64,000 bases of DNA from an uncultured delta proteobacterium. GTDB taxonomy: Bacteria > Myxococcota_A > Polyangia > Polyangiales > Polyangiaceae. The position numbers and the translations under genes are program-made. Below are positions 48,091-58,245 of the stretch, one piece after another. Numbering within the stretch: the stretch's first letter is position 1; each line of letters starts with the position of its first letter. Location: NCBI GenBank assembly GCA_963696385.1, contig CAVOKF010000005.1, forward strand, positions 960,001 to 1,024,000. The letters run 5' to 3'. The notes below the pieces were generated by a model. That model was not told the DNA's origin. It ran no database searches and saw only the letters and a list, made by a program, of their open reading frames with translations.

Positions 48091-49159
48091 CTAGGCAGGT
48101 CGCGCCGGCGGCTCTGAATCGGCTGGCCTCGGACGCAAGTCGGCGCCCACATGGATGCCGCACTCGCGTCGGGTCGAGTCTTCCCACCACCAGCGGCCCG
48201 CGCGCTCGTGCTCGCCGGGCAGGGTCGGGCGAGTGCAAGGTTCGCAGCCAATCGACACGAATCCGCGTTCGTGAAGCGCGTTGTGCGGGACGCCGTGTTC
48301 GCGAATGTAGTGCCAGGTCTCGGCCGAGGACCAGCGTGCGAGCGGATTGAGCTTAACGAGTGTGCCCGAACGACCCGTCGCGCTGCGATCGCGCTCTACG
48401 ACCGGCATGGAGGCCCGCGTCGCCGGACTCTGGTCCCGACGTTGGCCCGTGGCCCAGGCGTTGAGGGTACCGAGCATCCGCCTGAGAGGTTCGACCTTGC
48501 GGATGCCGCAGCATTCTTGGTGGCCCTCCTCGTAGAAGCTGAAAAGCCCCTTGCGCTTCACGAATGTCTGAAGCTCCGGGGCCTGGGCGGTCATGATGGC
48601 GATTCTCGATTTTGTAGTGCTTTCGGACGGCCTCGATGAATCGATACGTTTCCGGGTGCAACCGCCCCGTGTCGAGGCAAAAGACGGAAAAGGGCAACCC
48701 GATCCCAGTTGCCATGTGCACGAGCACGACGTCTTCGGATCCGCTGAACGCAATGCCGAGCGAACTGCCCCACCGCTCGAGGCCCCACCGCAGGACGTCG
48801 GCCGGAGGGCGGTCGGCCAGTTCGACCGACATGCGCTCGAGTTCTTCGTCCGAAAGGGTCGCCCCTGCGGAACCCACGGGCTCGGAGATTGAGCTCAGGT
48901 GCTCCCGGACGAGTTTGAGAACGCTGTCGACGACCGTCGTCCCCGAGGATCCGTCGCGGACGACGAAGAACGGGGCGGCGTCGACGCCGAGCTGCGTGGC
49001 GAGCCGTGCTCCCGGTGACGCCGGGTCGCCCTCCTCGGCCCACTGGACGTCGTCGATGCGGTCCCAGAGGCCCCGGCTTCGCAGGAGGTCTTCGGCCTGG
49101 ACGCATTTTCGGCATGTCTGGCCATTCGCAAGGCGCTTTTTCACCATCGTCACGTGCAT
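48091..49159 (-). pseudogene. cysH: APS/PAPS reductase with N-terminal thioredoxin-like CxxC domain, split by a +1 frameshift near 48603-48604 (real lesion or sequencing error)
   Basis: Frame 1: CRKC domain then [25 protein letters not shown]; frame 2 continues [44 protein letters not shown]; junction reads gag-a-atc. Confidence 0.85.
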
Positions 49160-49267
49160 GGCGGCAAAGAGCATAGTCACCCCCTCGCGTCGAAGCCCGC
49201 TCCTGGCCCGCTACGGACTCGGCGTGCCGAGTTGACCCTGCGGCGAGGTCCGCCTAGGGTCGGCCCC

Positions 49268-49867
49268 GTGAATCCGCAAGAACTCGACGATATCGTGGCC
49301 GACCATGACCTCAACCGTCACCCCTTCTACAGGTCATGGCGAGCCGGCGAGCTGAGTCGGTCGACGATAGCCGTATACGCAGCCGAGTACGCCCCGTTCA
49401 TCGATTCGATCGAGATCGGATGGAGCGCCCTGGGCGACCTCGATCACGCAGCCGAAGAGCGGCAACACGCCGCCCTTTGGGGACGCTTCCGCGAGGCTCT
49501 CGGGTCCGGCGGCGAACCGCGGTGCGAGGAGGCGGCCGCGCTGGCTCGTTGCGCGATCGACGCGTTCGGCGACCGGAGCGAAGCGCTGGGTGCGCTTTAC
49601 GCGTTCGAGGCGCAGCAGCCCGCTACGGCGGCGCGTAAGCTCGAAGGGCTGATGGATCACTACGGGTTTTCCGACCATCAGGCCGCCTACTTTCGAATCC
49701 ACGCGAGCGACTACGGCGAACGCGATCGGCTCGCAGCCCACGCCGCCCAGCTTTCGCCGGATGACTCGGCTCGCGCCCGAGACGCCTGCGAGAGGACGTG
49801 CCGCGCCATGTGGAGCGCTCTGGACGGTATCCTGCGCGACGGTGTGGCGGCCCCTACGGGGTCTTGA
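49268..49867 (+). CDS. CADD/PqqC/TenA-like heme-oxygenase-fold metalloprotein
   Basis: HPFYRSWRAGEL, YAAEY, EERQHAALW, GALYAFEAQQP..KLEGL..HYG, YFRIH..D, MWSALDG. Confidence 0.8.
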   Translation: MNPQELDDIVADHDLNRHPFYRSWRAGELSRSTIAVYAAEYAPFIDSIEIGWSALGDLDHAAEERQHAALWGRFREALGSGGEPRCEEAAALARCAIDAFGDRSEALGALYAFEAQQPATAARKLEGLMDHYGFSDHQAAYFRIHASDYGERDRLAAHAAQLSPDDSARARDACERTCRAMWSALDGILRDGVAAPTGS

Positions 49868-51437
49868 CGGGCACGCGGCTCATGGCGCGCTCCGCCATGG
49901 CGGCAATCGTGAGCGAAGGATTCACGCCGGGATTGGCCGATACGGCCGATCCGTCCACCACGTAGAGGCCGTCGTATCCGAAGACGCGGTGCTGCACGTC
50001 GATGACGCCGTCGTCGGCGCTCGCTCCCATGCATGCGCCTCCGAGGACATGCGCCGTCGAAGGCGTGCCGAGCAGCGTTTCGGTCACGAGACTCATGGGA
50101 AGTCCACCGATCTTCTCGGCAAAGCGCCGACCCAAAGCCGTCGCCTCCGGCATCGACGCGCGAGGCGCACGCGACGGATTCCCGAGGCGGGTCACGAGTC
50201 CGCGCCGGAAGCCGGTGAACACGCTCCGTCCCAAACGAAGCGACAAGTCGCCTTCGAGCGCTCTCATGTAGAGTAGAATTTGCGTGCTCTTGGCGAAGTC
50301 CTTGACCATGAGGGCGCGCAGCCAGGCCCGAGGATCACGGGCCACGGTCCGCACGGCGCCGGCGATGCGCGAAAGGATCGTGGGTCCGGGGGCGTGCGGT
50401 ACGGCCAGGAGCCGAAAGAAGCCCGACCCTGAGCCGTAGCGGACGGGCTCGAGGTGGCTGGCATCGTCGGTCTGCAGGATCGAGGTGATCGCCACGCCCT
50501 CCGACAGATCGTCTCGACCGGGCGCCAACACGGCGATCAAGGCTTCGCTGTTCGTTCGCACGAAGTCGCCCAGGCGCGGGGACAAGTTCGGAAGCGCGTC
50601 GGGCATTTCGCGCATGCGCAAGAGCAGCGGAATCGTGCCCATGACGCCGCCGGCGCAGATGACCTTGTCGGCGGAGATTTCATGGACCGTCCGTGCCGCA
50701 CCGAACGTGTCCTTCGCGTGCACGACGAAGCCTCCTCCTCCCGGTCGAGGCCGAATGGCGACGACCTGGGTCGCGGCGCGCACGTCGGCGCCACGGATTT
50801 CGGCAAGGTGGAGGTAGTTCCGGTCGAGGGTGTTTTTGGCCCCGACCCGGCAGCCTGTCATGCAGGCTCCGCAGAAGGTGCATCCCGTGCGATCGGGCCC
50901 TTCGCCACCGAAAAACGGGTCTTGACTCGTTCGACCGGGGGTGCCGAAGTACACGCCGACGTCGGTCGGCCTGCAGTCGTCTCGCCGCCCCATCTCCCGG
51001 GCGATTTGCTGGAGGACGCGGTCCGCCGGCGTCTCGCGCGGGTTGGGGGACGCCCCGAGCATTCGGCGCGCGGTGGCATAGTGGCGGCCGAGCTCCTGCC
51101 GCCAGTCGCCGAGGTGCGACCACGACGGCGACTTGAAAAAGCCCTCGTCCGGGTGTGCGAGCGTGCCTGCGTACACGAGAGAGCCGCCGCCGACCCCGAC
51201 TCCATGGAAGATCGTGAGGTGCTCGAAGAACGACATCTGGAATATTCCTCGCAAGCCGATCTTTGGCATCCACAGCCAGCGCCGGAGGTCCCAGTTGGAC
51301 TTCGGAAAGTCGACGGGCGCATACCGTTTGCCCTTTTCGATCACCAGGACGCGGTAGCCCTTCTCCACAAGCCTCAAAGCAGACACGCTTCCGCCGAAGC
51401 CCGAGCCGACGACGACCCAATCGTAGTGGTCGATCAT
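49854..51437 (-). CDS. GMC oxidoreductase, cholesterol oxidase (ChoD)-like
   Basis: [52 protein letters not shown]. Confidence 0.9.
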   Translation of the reverse strand: MIDHYDWVVVGSGFGGSVSALRLVEKGYRVLVIEKGKRYAPVDFPKSNWDLRRWLWMPKIGLRGIFQMSFFEHLTIFHGVGVGGGSLVYAGTLAHPDEGFFKSPSWSHLGDWRQELGRHYATARRMLGASPNPRETPADRVLQQIAREMGRRDDCRPTDVGVYFGTPGRTSQDPFFGGEGPDRTGCTFCGACMTGCRVGAKNTLDRNYLHLAEIRGADVRAATQVVAIRPRPGGGGFVVHAKDTFGAARTVHEISADKVICAGGVMGTIPLLLRMREMPDALPNLSPRLGDFVRTNSEALIAVLAPGRDDLSEGVAITSILQTDDASHLEPVRYGSGSGFFRLLAVPHAPGPTILSRIAGAVRTVARDPRAWLRALMVKDFAKSTQILLYMRALEGDLSLRLGRSVFTGFRRGLVTRLGNPSRAPRASMPEATALGRRFAEKIGGLPMSLVTETLLGTPSTAHVLGGACMGASADDGVIDVQHRVFGYDGLYVVDGSAVSANPGVNPSLTIAAMAERAMSRVPVKTP

Positions 51438-51556
51438 GCGTGGATCCTCTCGAAAGCAGCTTTACGAAACATCCCGGTGTTTTGCGCGAAATACGAGGAC
51501 GGCAGTCTGGGCCCGCGCCCGCGACCCTTCGGCCCGGCGACGAAAGGACAGCGTCC

Positions 51557-53731
51557 ATGACAGCCAGCGTTTTTCGAACGGAGGCGTCAGCTTCCGCGAA
51601 CGGTTACACGTCAAGCCACGGGAGCATTCACCCGAGAGAGCCCGCTGCGGGCTTCGGTTCAAACGTGTTCGGCCTCTCGGCGATGAAAGCCCACCTCCCC
51701 AAAGAGGTCTTTCGATCCGTCAAGCGAACCATCGAGACGGGGCATGCGCTCGATCCGAAAATCGCCGACGTCGTGGCTGCCGCCATGAAGGACTGGGCGC
51801 TCTCGAAGGGTGCCACGCACTACGCGCACATCTTTTACCCGCTGACCGGACTCACGGCGGGAAAGCACGACAGTTTCTACAGCCCCGACGGCGAGGGCGG
51901 CGCGATCGCCGAATTTTCGGGCAAGACGCTCGTTCAAGGCGAGTCCGACGCTTCGAGTTTCCCGAATGGAGGCATTCGCGCCACAGCCGAGGCACGGGGC
52001 TACACCGCCTGGGATGTCACTAGCCCGGCATACCTGTACGAGACCAGCAGCGGCGCGACGCTTTGTATCCCGACCGTGTTCGTGTCGTGGACAGGAGAGG
52101 CTCTCGACCTGAAGACGCCGCTTTTGCGCTCCAATCAAGCCTTGAACACGCAGGCGACACGGGTTCTCAAGTTGTTCGGGCACGCGAACCCGGCCATGGT
52201 CGTTACGTACGCCGGCGCCGAACAAGAGTACTTCTTGGTCGATCGCAAGGACTACCTTCGGCGACCGGATCTGATCAATGCCGGGCGCACGCTCTTCGGC
52301 GCCAAGCCGCCGAAAGGGCAGGAGTTCGAAGACCATTACTTCGGGCCCATCCCCGAGCGCATCATCTCGTTCATGATCGCGACCGAGCAGGAGCTCTTCA
52401 AGTTGGGCATCCCCGCGAAAACCCGGCACAACGAGGTCGCGCCGGGCCAATTCGAATTGGCTCCGATCTTCGAGACGGCCAACATTGCCGCTGACCACCA
52501 GCAGCTGATCATGGTCGTGCTCAAGCGCGTCGCGGAACGGTTCGGACTCGAGTGCCTTTTGCACGAAAAGCCATTTGCCGGCGTGAACGGTTCGGGCAAA
52601 CACGTCAATTTTTCCATCGGGAACGCAACCCAAGGAAACCTGCTTGACCCGGGGGATACACCCCACGAAAACGCACAGTTTCTGGTGTTCTGCGCCGCCG
52701 TGGTTCGGGCGGTTCACAAGTTCGGTGACCTGTTGCGCGCGTCGGTCGCCTCGGCGAGCAACGATCACCGCCTCGGGGCGAATGAAGCCCCACCCGCCAT
52801 CATTTCGGTATTTCTCGGAGAGCAGTTGGACGACGTCTTCGCGCAAATCGCCGCCGGCGGCGCCAAGTCGTCCAAGTCGAAGGGCACACTCGAAATCGGC
52901 GCCGACACGTTGCCCAAACTTCCCAAGGACCCCGGAGATCGCAACCGGACGAGTCCCTTTGCATTCACGGGCAACCGATTCGAGTTTCGAGCTGTCGGCT
53001 CGAGCCAGTCCATCGCCGGCCCCATGATTGTCCTGAACACCGTCGTGGCGGAGTCGCTCGACTACGTGGCGACGACGCTCGAAGCCGCCGTGGCGGCTGG
53101 TAAGCCGCTCAACACCGCTATCGGCGAACTTCTCGCGACGATCGTCAAAGAGCACTTTGCGGTCGTATTCAACGGCAATGGATACTCATCCGAGTGGCAC
53201 GCGGAGGCGGCGCGCCGAGGTTTGCCCAACCTCAAGACGACCGTCGATTCCCTGGCCGCCCTTCAGCGGCGCGAGGTGATCGAGCTTTTCGACAAATACA
53301 AGGTCCTCTCTCCGAGAGAGCTTCACAGTCGTTACGAGATCTCTTTCGAGCACTATTGCAAGAGCGTCAACGTGGAAGCGAAGCTCGCGCTCAGCATCGC
53401 GAGGACGATCATCCTACCGAGCGTTCTTCGCTACCAACGCGAACTGGCGGAAACGGCTATTGCCGTCAAGCATGCCGGGCAGGCGGCCGACACCAAACTG
53501 CTGGGCCGCGTCACGTCGCAAGCTTCTACGCTCGAAGCCCGCATCGACATTCTCGACAAGGCCATGTCGGAGCACGCCGGCCACTCTGCCGTCGAGGAGG
53601 CCAAGCATTTCTCCGATGTGGTCCTGCCGGCCATGAAAGGCGTACGCGAAGTCGCCGATACGCTCGAAGGCCTCGTTGCCCGAGATCGGTGGACGCTGCC
53701 CCTTTACGAGGACATCCTTTACATCCAGTAG
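51557..53731 (+). CDS. glnN: Glutamine synthetase type III
   Basis: 724 aa; [77 protein letters not shown]. Confidence 0.95.
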   Translation: MTASVFRTEASASANGYTSSHGSIHPREPAAGFGSNVFGLSAMKAHLPKEVFRSVKRTIETGHALDPKIADVVAAAMKDWALSKGATHYAHIFYPLTGLTAGKHDSFYSPDGEGGAIAEFSGKTLVQGESDASSFPNGGIRATAEARGYTAWDVTSPAYLYETSSGATLCIPTVFVSWTGEALDLKTPLLRSNQALNTQATRVLKLFGHANPAMVVTYAGAEQEYFLVDRKDYLRRPDLINAGRTLFGAKPPKGQEFEDHYFGPIPERIISFMIATEQELFKLGIPAKTRHNEVAPGQFELAPIFETANIAADHQQLIMVVLKRVAERFGLECLLHEKPFAGVNGSGKHVNFSIGNATQGNLLDPGDTPHENAQFLVFCAAVVRAVHKFGDLLRASVASASNDHRLGANEAPPAIISVFLGEQLDDVFAQIAAGGAKSSKSKGTLEIGADTLPKLPKDPGDRNRTSPFAFTGNRFEFRAVGSSQSIAGPMIVLNTVVAESLDYVATTLEAAVAAGKPLNTAIGELLATIVKEHFAVVFNGNGYSSEWHAEAARRGLPNLKTTVDSLAALQRREVIELFDKYKVLSPRELHSRYEISFEHYCKSVNVEAKLALSIARTIILPSVLRYQRELAETAIAVKHAGQAADTKLLGRVTSQASTLEARIDILDKAMSEHAGHSAVEEAKHFSDVVLPAMKGVREVADTLEGLVARDRWTLPLYEDILYIQ

Positions 53732-53971
53732 CCACGATGAGGGCGCGGTCCCACCGTCCTTGGGTCCGCGCCGTCGCGGCCGTTTGTCCAAAGCCATACC
53801 TAGCCGCGGCACGGACCTTCGCGCCGCGAGCGGGGTCCGTTCGGGTTCGCGCCGTGGTCGCGGGGTGTGAGCCAAGCCGGGCGTCATGCGTGCGCCCGGC
53901 GGCCCTTTCGGGTCGGCGGGGCGGTGCACGGTAATTCGGCCGCACGATCTTCGTTTCGCACGCGGAAGCTT

Positions 53972-54442
53972 TCAGATTTCTCCGGACGTCGGACCGAGCA
54001 AGCGATAGACGTCGGTCCGCCGGCTTGCGGGCGTGTCGTCCCAATGGCCGAAGACCTCCCACTGGACACCGTGGCGAATGATGTTTTCCGCCTGGCACCA
54101 GAGAGCGACGGCGTCGTGCGCGCCGGGAAGATCCTCGTAGCGACCCATGTGAACCGTCCATACGGCGCGGCCCGCGGGCGTTCGCGAGCAGCACACCCCC
54201 TGACGGTCCTCGAAAGGCTGTGCGACTTGGACGCCGGCTTCGAGTTCGACGTCTCGGCTCGACGGGTCGTGGTAGACACACACATTCTGTCCGAGCTTGC
54301 CGATGGCCGAACCGCGAAGATGAGCGTAGACGCGGTCGATGAGGCTCGGGATTGCCGTGGCAACGGCCCCCCAGCCGACGCGTTGTCGGACCGAAGCGAA
54401 GGCGGTCGGATCGACTTCGACGACGCGAATCACGTAGCCCAT
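53972..54442 (-). CDS. GyrI-like small-molecule-binding domain protein
   Basis: PAGRAVWTVHMGRYEDL..AHDAV..W, WEVF, RTDVY. Confidence 0.8.
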   Translation of the reverse strand: MGYVIRVVEVDPTAFASVRQRVGWGAVATAIPSLIDRVYAHLRGSAIGKLGQNVCVYHDPSSRDVELEAGVQVAQPFEDRQGVCCSRTPAGRAVWTVHMGRYEDLPGAHDAVALWCQAENIIRHGVQWEVFGHWDDTPASRRTDVYRLLGPTSGEI

Positions 54443-54490
54443 TGTAGGCAGCCTAGCGCGCCGGAGACCCGGACGCGACGGTACGGTGGG

Positions 54491-55111
54491 GTCCGCCGCT
54501 TCGTCATCGTGGGTCGGAACGCGGCTGCATCCGACGATTTCAGCCTCGACGATCTCGCCGGATCGAGCGGGCGCATCGACGTGCTTCTGCGTTGCGTGCG
54601 CGCATCCCTACTTCATTCTCACGGCCTACGACGCGACGTCGCCGTCTATCTCGTGCTCGGGGGCGGGCCGCGTGCCCCGAGGGTGTTGCGCTTCGACGGG
54701 GCCACCGCGAAGTACATTCGCCCTGACGAGCGCAGCCTCGCGACGCTCGCGAAGAAGGTTCTCGGGTCGGGGTCGGATCGCGCGACGGCCGGATTCGTGG
54801 AGGTCAAGCCCGGGATCGCCGTTGCAAACGGCGGTCTCGACGTCGTCCTGCCGGATCTGGTCGGGGCGATGCCGTTCGTGCTCGAGGAGGACGCGCCGGA
54901 CATTCGCGATTGCCCCGATCTCGACCAACCGGACGTGGCGTTTTTCGTCGGCGACCACCTCGGCCTGGACGAAGCGACCCGGACGCGGCTGCTGTCGATG
55001 GGTGCGCGCCGGATCGCGGTCGGCCCGACGAGCATCCACGCCGACGACGCGATTGCCGTCGTCGGCAACGAGGTCGATCGGCGCCAAGCGGCCCGGTGTC
55101 GGCGGGAGTGA
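54491..55111 (+). CDS. trmY: tRNA (pseudouridine54-N1)-methyltransferase-like SPOUT protein; no canonical start codon visible
   Basis: RRFVIVG..FSLDDLAGSSGRIDVLLRC..SHGLRRD, IRPDERS, LEED, FFVGDHLG, SIHADDAI..NEVD. Confidence 0.8.
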   Translation, partial: VRRFVIVGRNAAASDDFSLDDLAGSSGRIDVLLRCVRASLLHSHGLRRDVAVYLVLGGGPRAPRVLRFDGATAKYIRPDERSLATLAKKVLGSGSDRATAGFVEVKPGIAVANGGLDVVLPDLVGAMPFVLEEDAPDIRDCPDLDQPDVAFFVGDHLGLDEATRTRLLSMGARRIAVGPTSIHADDAIAVVGNEVDRRQAARCRRE

Positions 55112-55118
55112 GAACGCA

Positions 55119-55760
55119 TCAGAACGCGCACACGCGACTGCCGCGCGTTCGGAGCTTGAGCCTGACCAGGGTATCGGCGATGGCCTCTTCCACCTGCGCT
55201 TGGCCGATCGAGCGCAGGAATGCGCCGTAATCCAACAGCCGCCGTCGAAGGACGTCGTCGACTTCGACCCGGTTGTCGTCAAGGATGCGAACGCGCTCGG
55301 CATCGTCGTCGCTGAGGTCGAAATTGATGTAGCCACGGCATTGGGGCGATCCACAGCGACAAGGGTCTCGGTCGGGCTCGTTGTGGCTGACCCACCCGTA
55401 AAAGATCGTCACCTCCTCGCCAGGCGCGATCGTCCGGCTGCACTGGATGCGCCCCGCGCCGTCCGAAAAGATCGCCGCGTTGGGGTTGCAGCTGTGGTTG
55501 CAGAGCCAGCCGCCCGGTACCGACACGTCGGGAATGATGACCGATCGCTTCTCCGACAAAAGCGTGAGCCGCGTCTCCGCCGCAACCGCCGCCTCCGGGT
55601 CCCTCACGTCTACCTTTCTCTGCTTGGGCGCGTAGGCAACGATGACGTCCCCTGAGTCGAAGCGCCGGCGGGCGAAGACTCCCCGGCCGGCAATCGAGCT
55701 CGTGCGAAACTCGACCGGAGCGAGCCGGAACATCGGCTTGAGGGGACGGCCTTTGCTCAT
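55119..55760 (-). CDS. SET domain protein-lysine methyltransferase with post-SET
   Basis: SSIAGRGVFA, NHSCNPN, EEVTIFY, CRCGSPQCRG. Confidence 0.9.
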   Translation of the reverse strand: MSKGRPLKPMFRLAPVEFRTSSIAGRGVFARRRFDSGDVIVAYAPKQRKVDVRDPEAAVAAETRLTLLSEKRSVIIPDVSVPGGWLCNHSCNPNAAIFSDGAGRIQCSRTIAPGEEVTIFYGWVSHNEPDRDPCRCGSPQCRGYINFDLSDDDAERVRILDDNRVEVDDVLRRRLLDYGAFLRSIGQAQVEEAIADTLVRLKLRTRGSRVCAF

Positions 55761-55996
55761 CGGTCAAAGCACTTGTCGGATCGGGCCCGCCCGCAACACC
55801 GAGAGTACTCGACGTGGCGCGCGACGGGCAGGGTCCTAGCGGCCTTGACCGTAAGCGCGCGATTTTCCCGTGGTCCGCACGGGGCCGCATCGCGCGCCAC
55901 GCCGGGCGCGGCGCGCAGGTTGATTCGATCGAGCTGAAAGAGCACTATGACTTCGGGGTGTGGTCGGTGGCGGCAAAGGTCGGGGACGGCAGGTTG

Positions 55997-56434
55997 ATGG
56001 CCTCGGCGCCTGCACGCGCGCAGGGCCGCGTCGTGGAGATTCGCGTTGCCCGGCTTTTGAATCCGGCCGACGTCGAGTCCTTGCATTCCAGCGTTCGCGC
56101 AGCGATTGAACGCGCCGGTATAGGTGCGACCATTTGCGCCGACTGTCGCCGAACACTGCCTCTGTCGGGTCCTGTTGCGACCGCCTGGTCTCGTCATATG
56201 CGGAGCGCCAATCGCTCGATCGCCCGGAGCGCCCTCTTGCTCGACCCATCGAACACGATGTTCAACTTGCAGCTTGAGCGCATCGTTCGTTGTGCCGGCA
56301 ACCCGACGCGCCGCCTGTTCGCTGACGTCGACGAGCTCAGTGACTGGTTGGCCTCTGAACTCACGGAATGGGAGCGTCAGGCCCTGCGTGCCTTTCTCTC
56401 CGAGGGCGACCGCCCGTGCTCGCTCGTCCCGTGA
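55997..56434 (+). CDS. Hypothetical STAS/SEC14-like protein (start uncertain)
   Basis: GRVVEIRV..ICADCR..RSALLL..LQLERIVR..RRLF....L..WL pattern. Confidence 0.6.
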   Translation: MASAPARAQGRVVEIRVARLLNPADVESLHSSVRAAIERAGIGATICADCRRTLPLSGPVATAWSRHMRSANRSIARSALLLDPSNTMFNLQLERIVRCAGNPTRRLFADVDELSDWLASELTEWERQALRAFLSEGDRPCSLVP

Positions 56435-56718
56435 AAGGGGCAGCGCTCTATTCCGCGCGCGAGGCCCAGGTGCCCGCAATGGATGCCTGCGAGCGCCATC
56501 AGCTGGCCCTCCGCGCAGCACTATCGCGTGTCGCCGCGCGCAGGGCCGAAGCGAGGGGTCTCGATCGCACAGGCGGGTTGCACAAGGAACGGCCAGCGCC
56601 CAGCTCTTTGCGATGGCCGCCAACGACTCGACCGCCCCTAAACGGCGGCGCTGGTATTTCGTTCGTGAAGAGCAACGGTCACGGCAGGTGGCTCATCGGA
56701 CCCGCCCGAGGAACCGCC

Positions 56719-57108
56719 ATGGCCCACCGTTCATTTCTCGAGGAGCGAAACGTGTCGCCGACGGCGTTGTCCGCCATGGAGGGCTTCCACGCCGACATTG
56801 TACGCCAGGTGCAAGAGTGCGTTCGCCGCGATCCGGTCGTCGTCGTTGGAATGGCGCAGAACCCGCACGTGCGCAGGGTGCGCCAGGCGCTCGACGGGGC
56901 CGGAATTGCGTACACTTACCTGGAGTACGGCAGCTACGTTTCCCAATGGCGGCAGCGGCTCGCGATCAAGCTGTGGAGTGGGTGGCCCACCTTTCCCCAA
57001 GTGTTCGCGCGCGGAATCCTACTCGGCGGTGAGGACTTGACGAAGGCTGCCATCGCCGATGGTTCGCTCAAGTCCTCGATCGAGCACGCCGCGTTCGTCT
57101 CGCCCTGA
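56719..57108 (+). CDS. Glutaredoxin-like protein lacking active-site Cys
   Basis: VVVVGMAQNPHV in place of CxxC/CGFS; WSGWPTFPQVF..LGG Grx signature; GAGGA RBS. Confidence 0.8.
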   Translation: MAHRSFLEERNVSPTALSAMEGFHADIVRQVQECVRRDPVVVVGMAQNPHVRRVRQALDGAGIAYTYLEYGSYVSQWRQRLAIKLWSGWPTFPQVFARGILLGGEDLTKAAIADGSLKSSIEHAAFVSP

Positions 57109-57229
57109 GAACGACCAATCTGTCGGTGGGGTCCGGTTGCTGTCGAGGTCGGGTCGCGGCGCCGTCCGCCGTGGATTTCGAAAGGGCGCGGTGCCCAGTG
57201 GCCGAGTACGCTAGAAGGCCACAGCGCAG

Positions 57230-57697
57230 ATGCAGACTGGGCGCGCAGGCAGAATGATCCTGATCGCCGTCGTGCTGCTCGCGGGAACGGCCGCGGTCGG
57301 CACGGCGCCGAGCGCACGACCCTTTTTGGCGCGAGGCTGGGCGACCGTAGTTTCCTCCCTATCGGCTTGGTCGGCATCCTCGACGACGGCGCCGAGCGGG
57401 ACCGCGAACGCGAACAGCAGCCGCGAAACCTCCCCGGCGCCCCACCGCCAGACGGCGCCTCTGTCGAGCGCCCAGCTCGGCGCGCCTCTCGTGCACGGTA
57501 CGATGCTCACAGCCTGCGGGGCGCCCGACGACCTCAAGGTGGTCGTGACCGTCGGCGTGAAGATGGGGCGTGCCGCCGACGTTGTCGTGAAGACCGTCCC
57601 CCCGAATTCGGTGGTCGCGGCCTGCATCGAGCGAGCCACCCGCGAGCTTCAGTGGGACATCAGCCCCAAGCTCGAGCATGTGACCGTGACGTACTGA
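57230..57697 (+). CDS. Hypothetical exported protein with AgmX/TonB-C-like C-terminus
   Basis: Hydrophobic N-terminus, Ser/Thr/Pro linker, C..VKMGRA..V.V.T.PPN..VAACIERA..L.W. Confidence 0.5.
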   Translation: MQTGRAGRMILIAVVLLAGTAAVGTAPSARPFLARGWATVVSSLSAWSASSTTAPSGTANANSSRETSPAPHRQTAPLSSAQLGAPLVHGTMLTACGAPDDLKVVVTVGVKMGRAADVVVKTVPPNSVVAACIERATRELQWDISPKLEHVTVTY

Positions 57698-58245
57698 ACC
57701 GAGAACTCTCCGTCGAATGCCGGCGTGGGAGCGCGGTCGGATGGGCGCATTCGGAGACATGGAAGTGTCATCCTACGAGCGCGGTCCAGGGGGCGCATTC
57801 GAAGACACCAAGTGCGTCGTGGCGGACGGAGTGTCATTTGTAGGCGGGCGGTCGCTAACGCGAACGCGCGGAGACGCCAAGCGGACGGGGCCGTCGCGGG
57901 GTCGAGGCTTCTGCGCGCGTTCTCTCGTTCAGCCTTGTCGCTTACACCAGCGGCCAAGCACTCCCGAAACCCCGACCCGGACCCAATGAAGTCTCGTATC
58001 GCGAAATGGGTTTGACTCGACTCCGATGAGTAGGATTTGCCTGGAACATTGTGGCAAGACCGCTAATCGAGAGATACCATAAGCAATGTAGATTGATGCG
58101 AGGGTCGGCGCACTGTCACGATTCGGCCGCCACACGAATTTCGCTTATCGGGAGCTAAAGCCGCGGAGGGTCGGGGCCGTTGAAGATGACTCCCGTTGGA
58201 GACTCGCAAAGGCCGAAAAGCTCGCACCATTCGAGGGTAGGCAAG

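Noticed and set aside
48595..48615. Programmed ribosomal frameshift in cysH
   Set aside because: No canonical slippery heptamer or known recoding precedent; a simple 1-nt insertion explains it
53867..54490. 414-aa ORF as a long TrmY fusion
   Set aside because: The upstream part is antisense to the well-supported GyrI-like gene and has no recognisable domain
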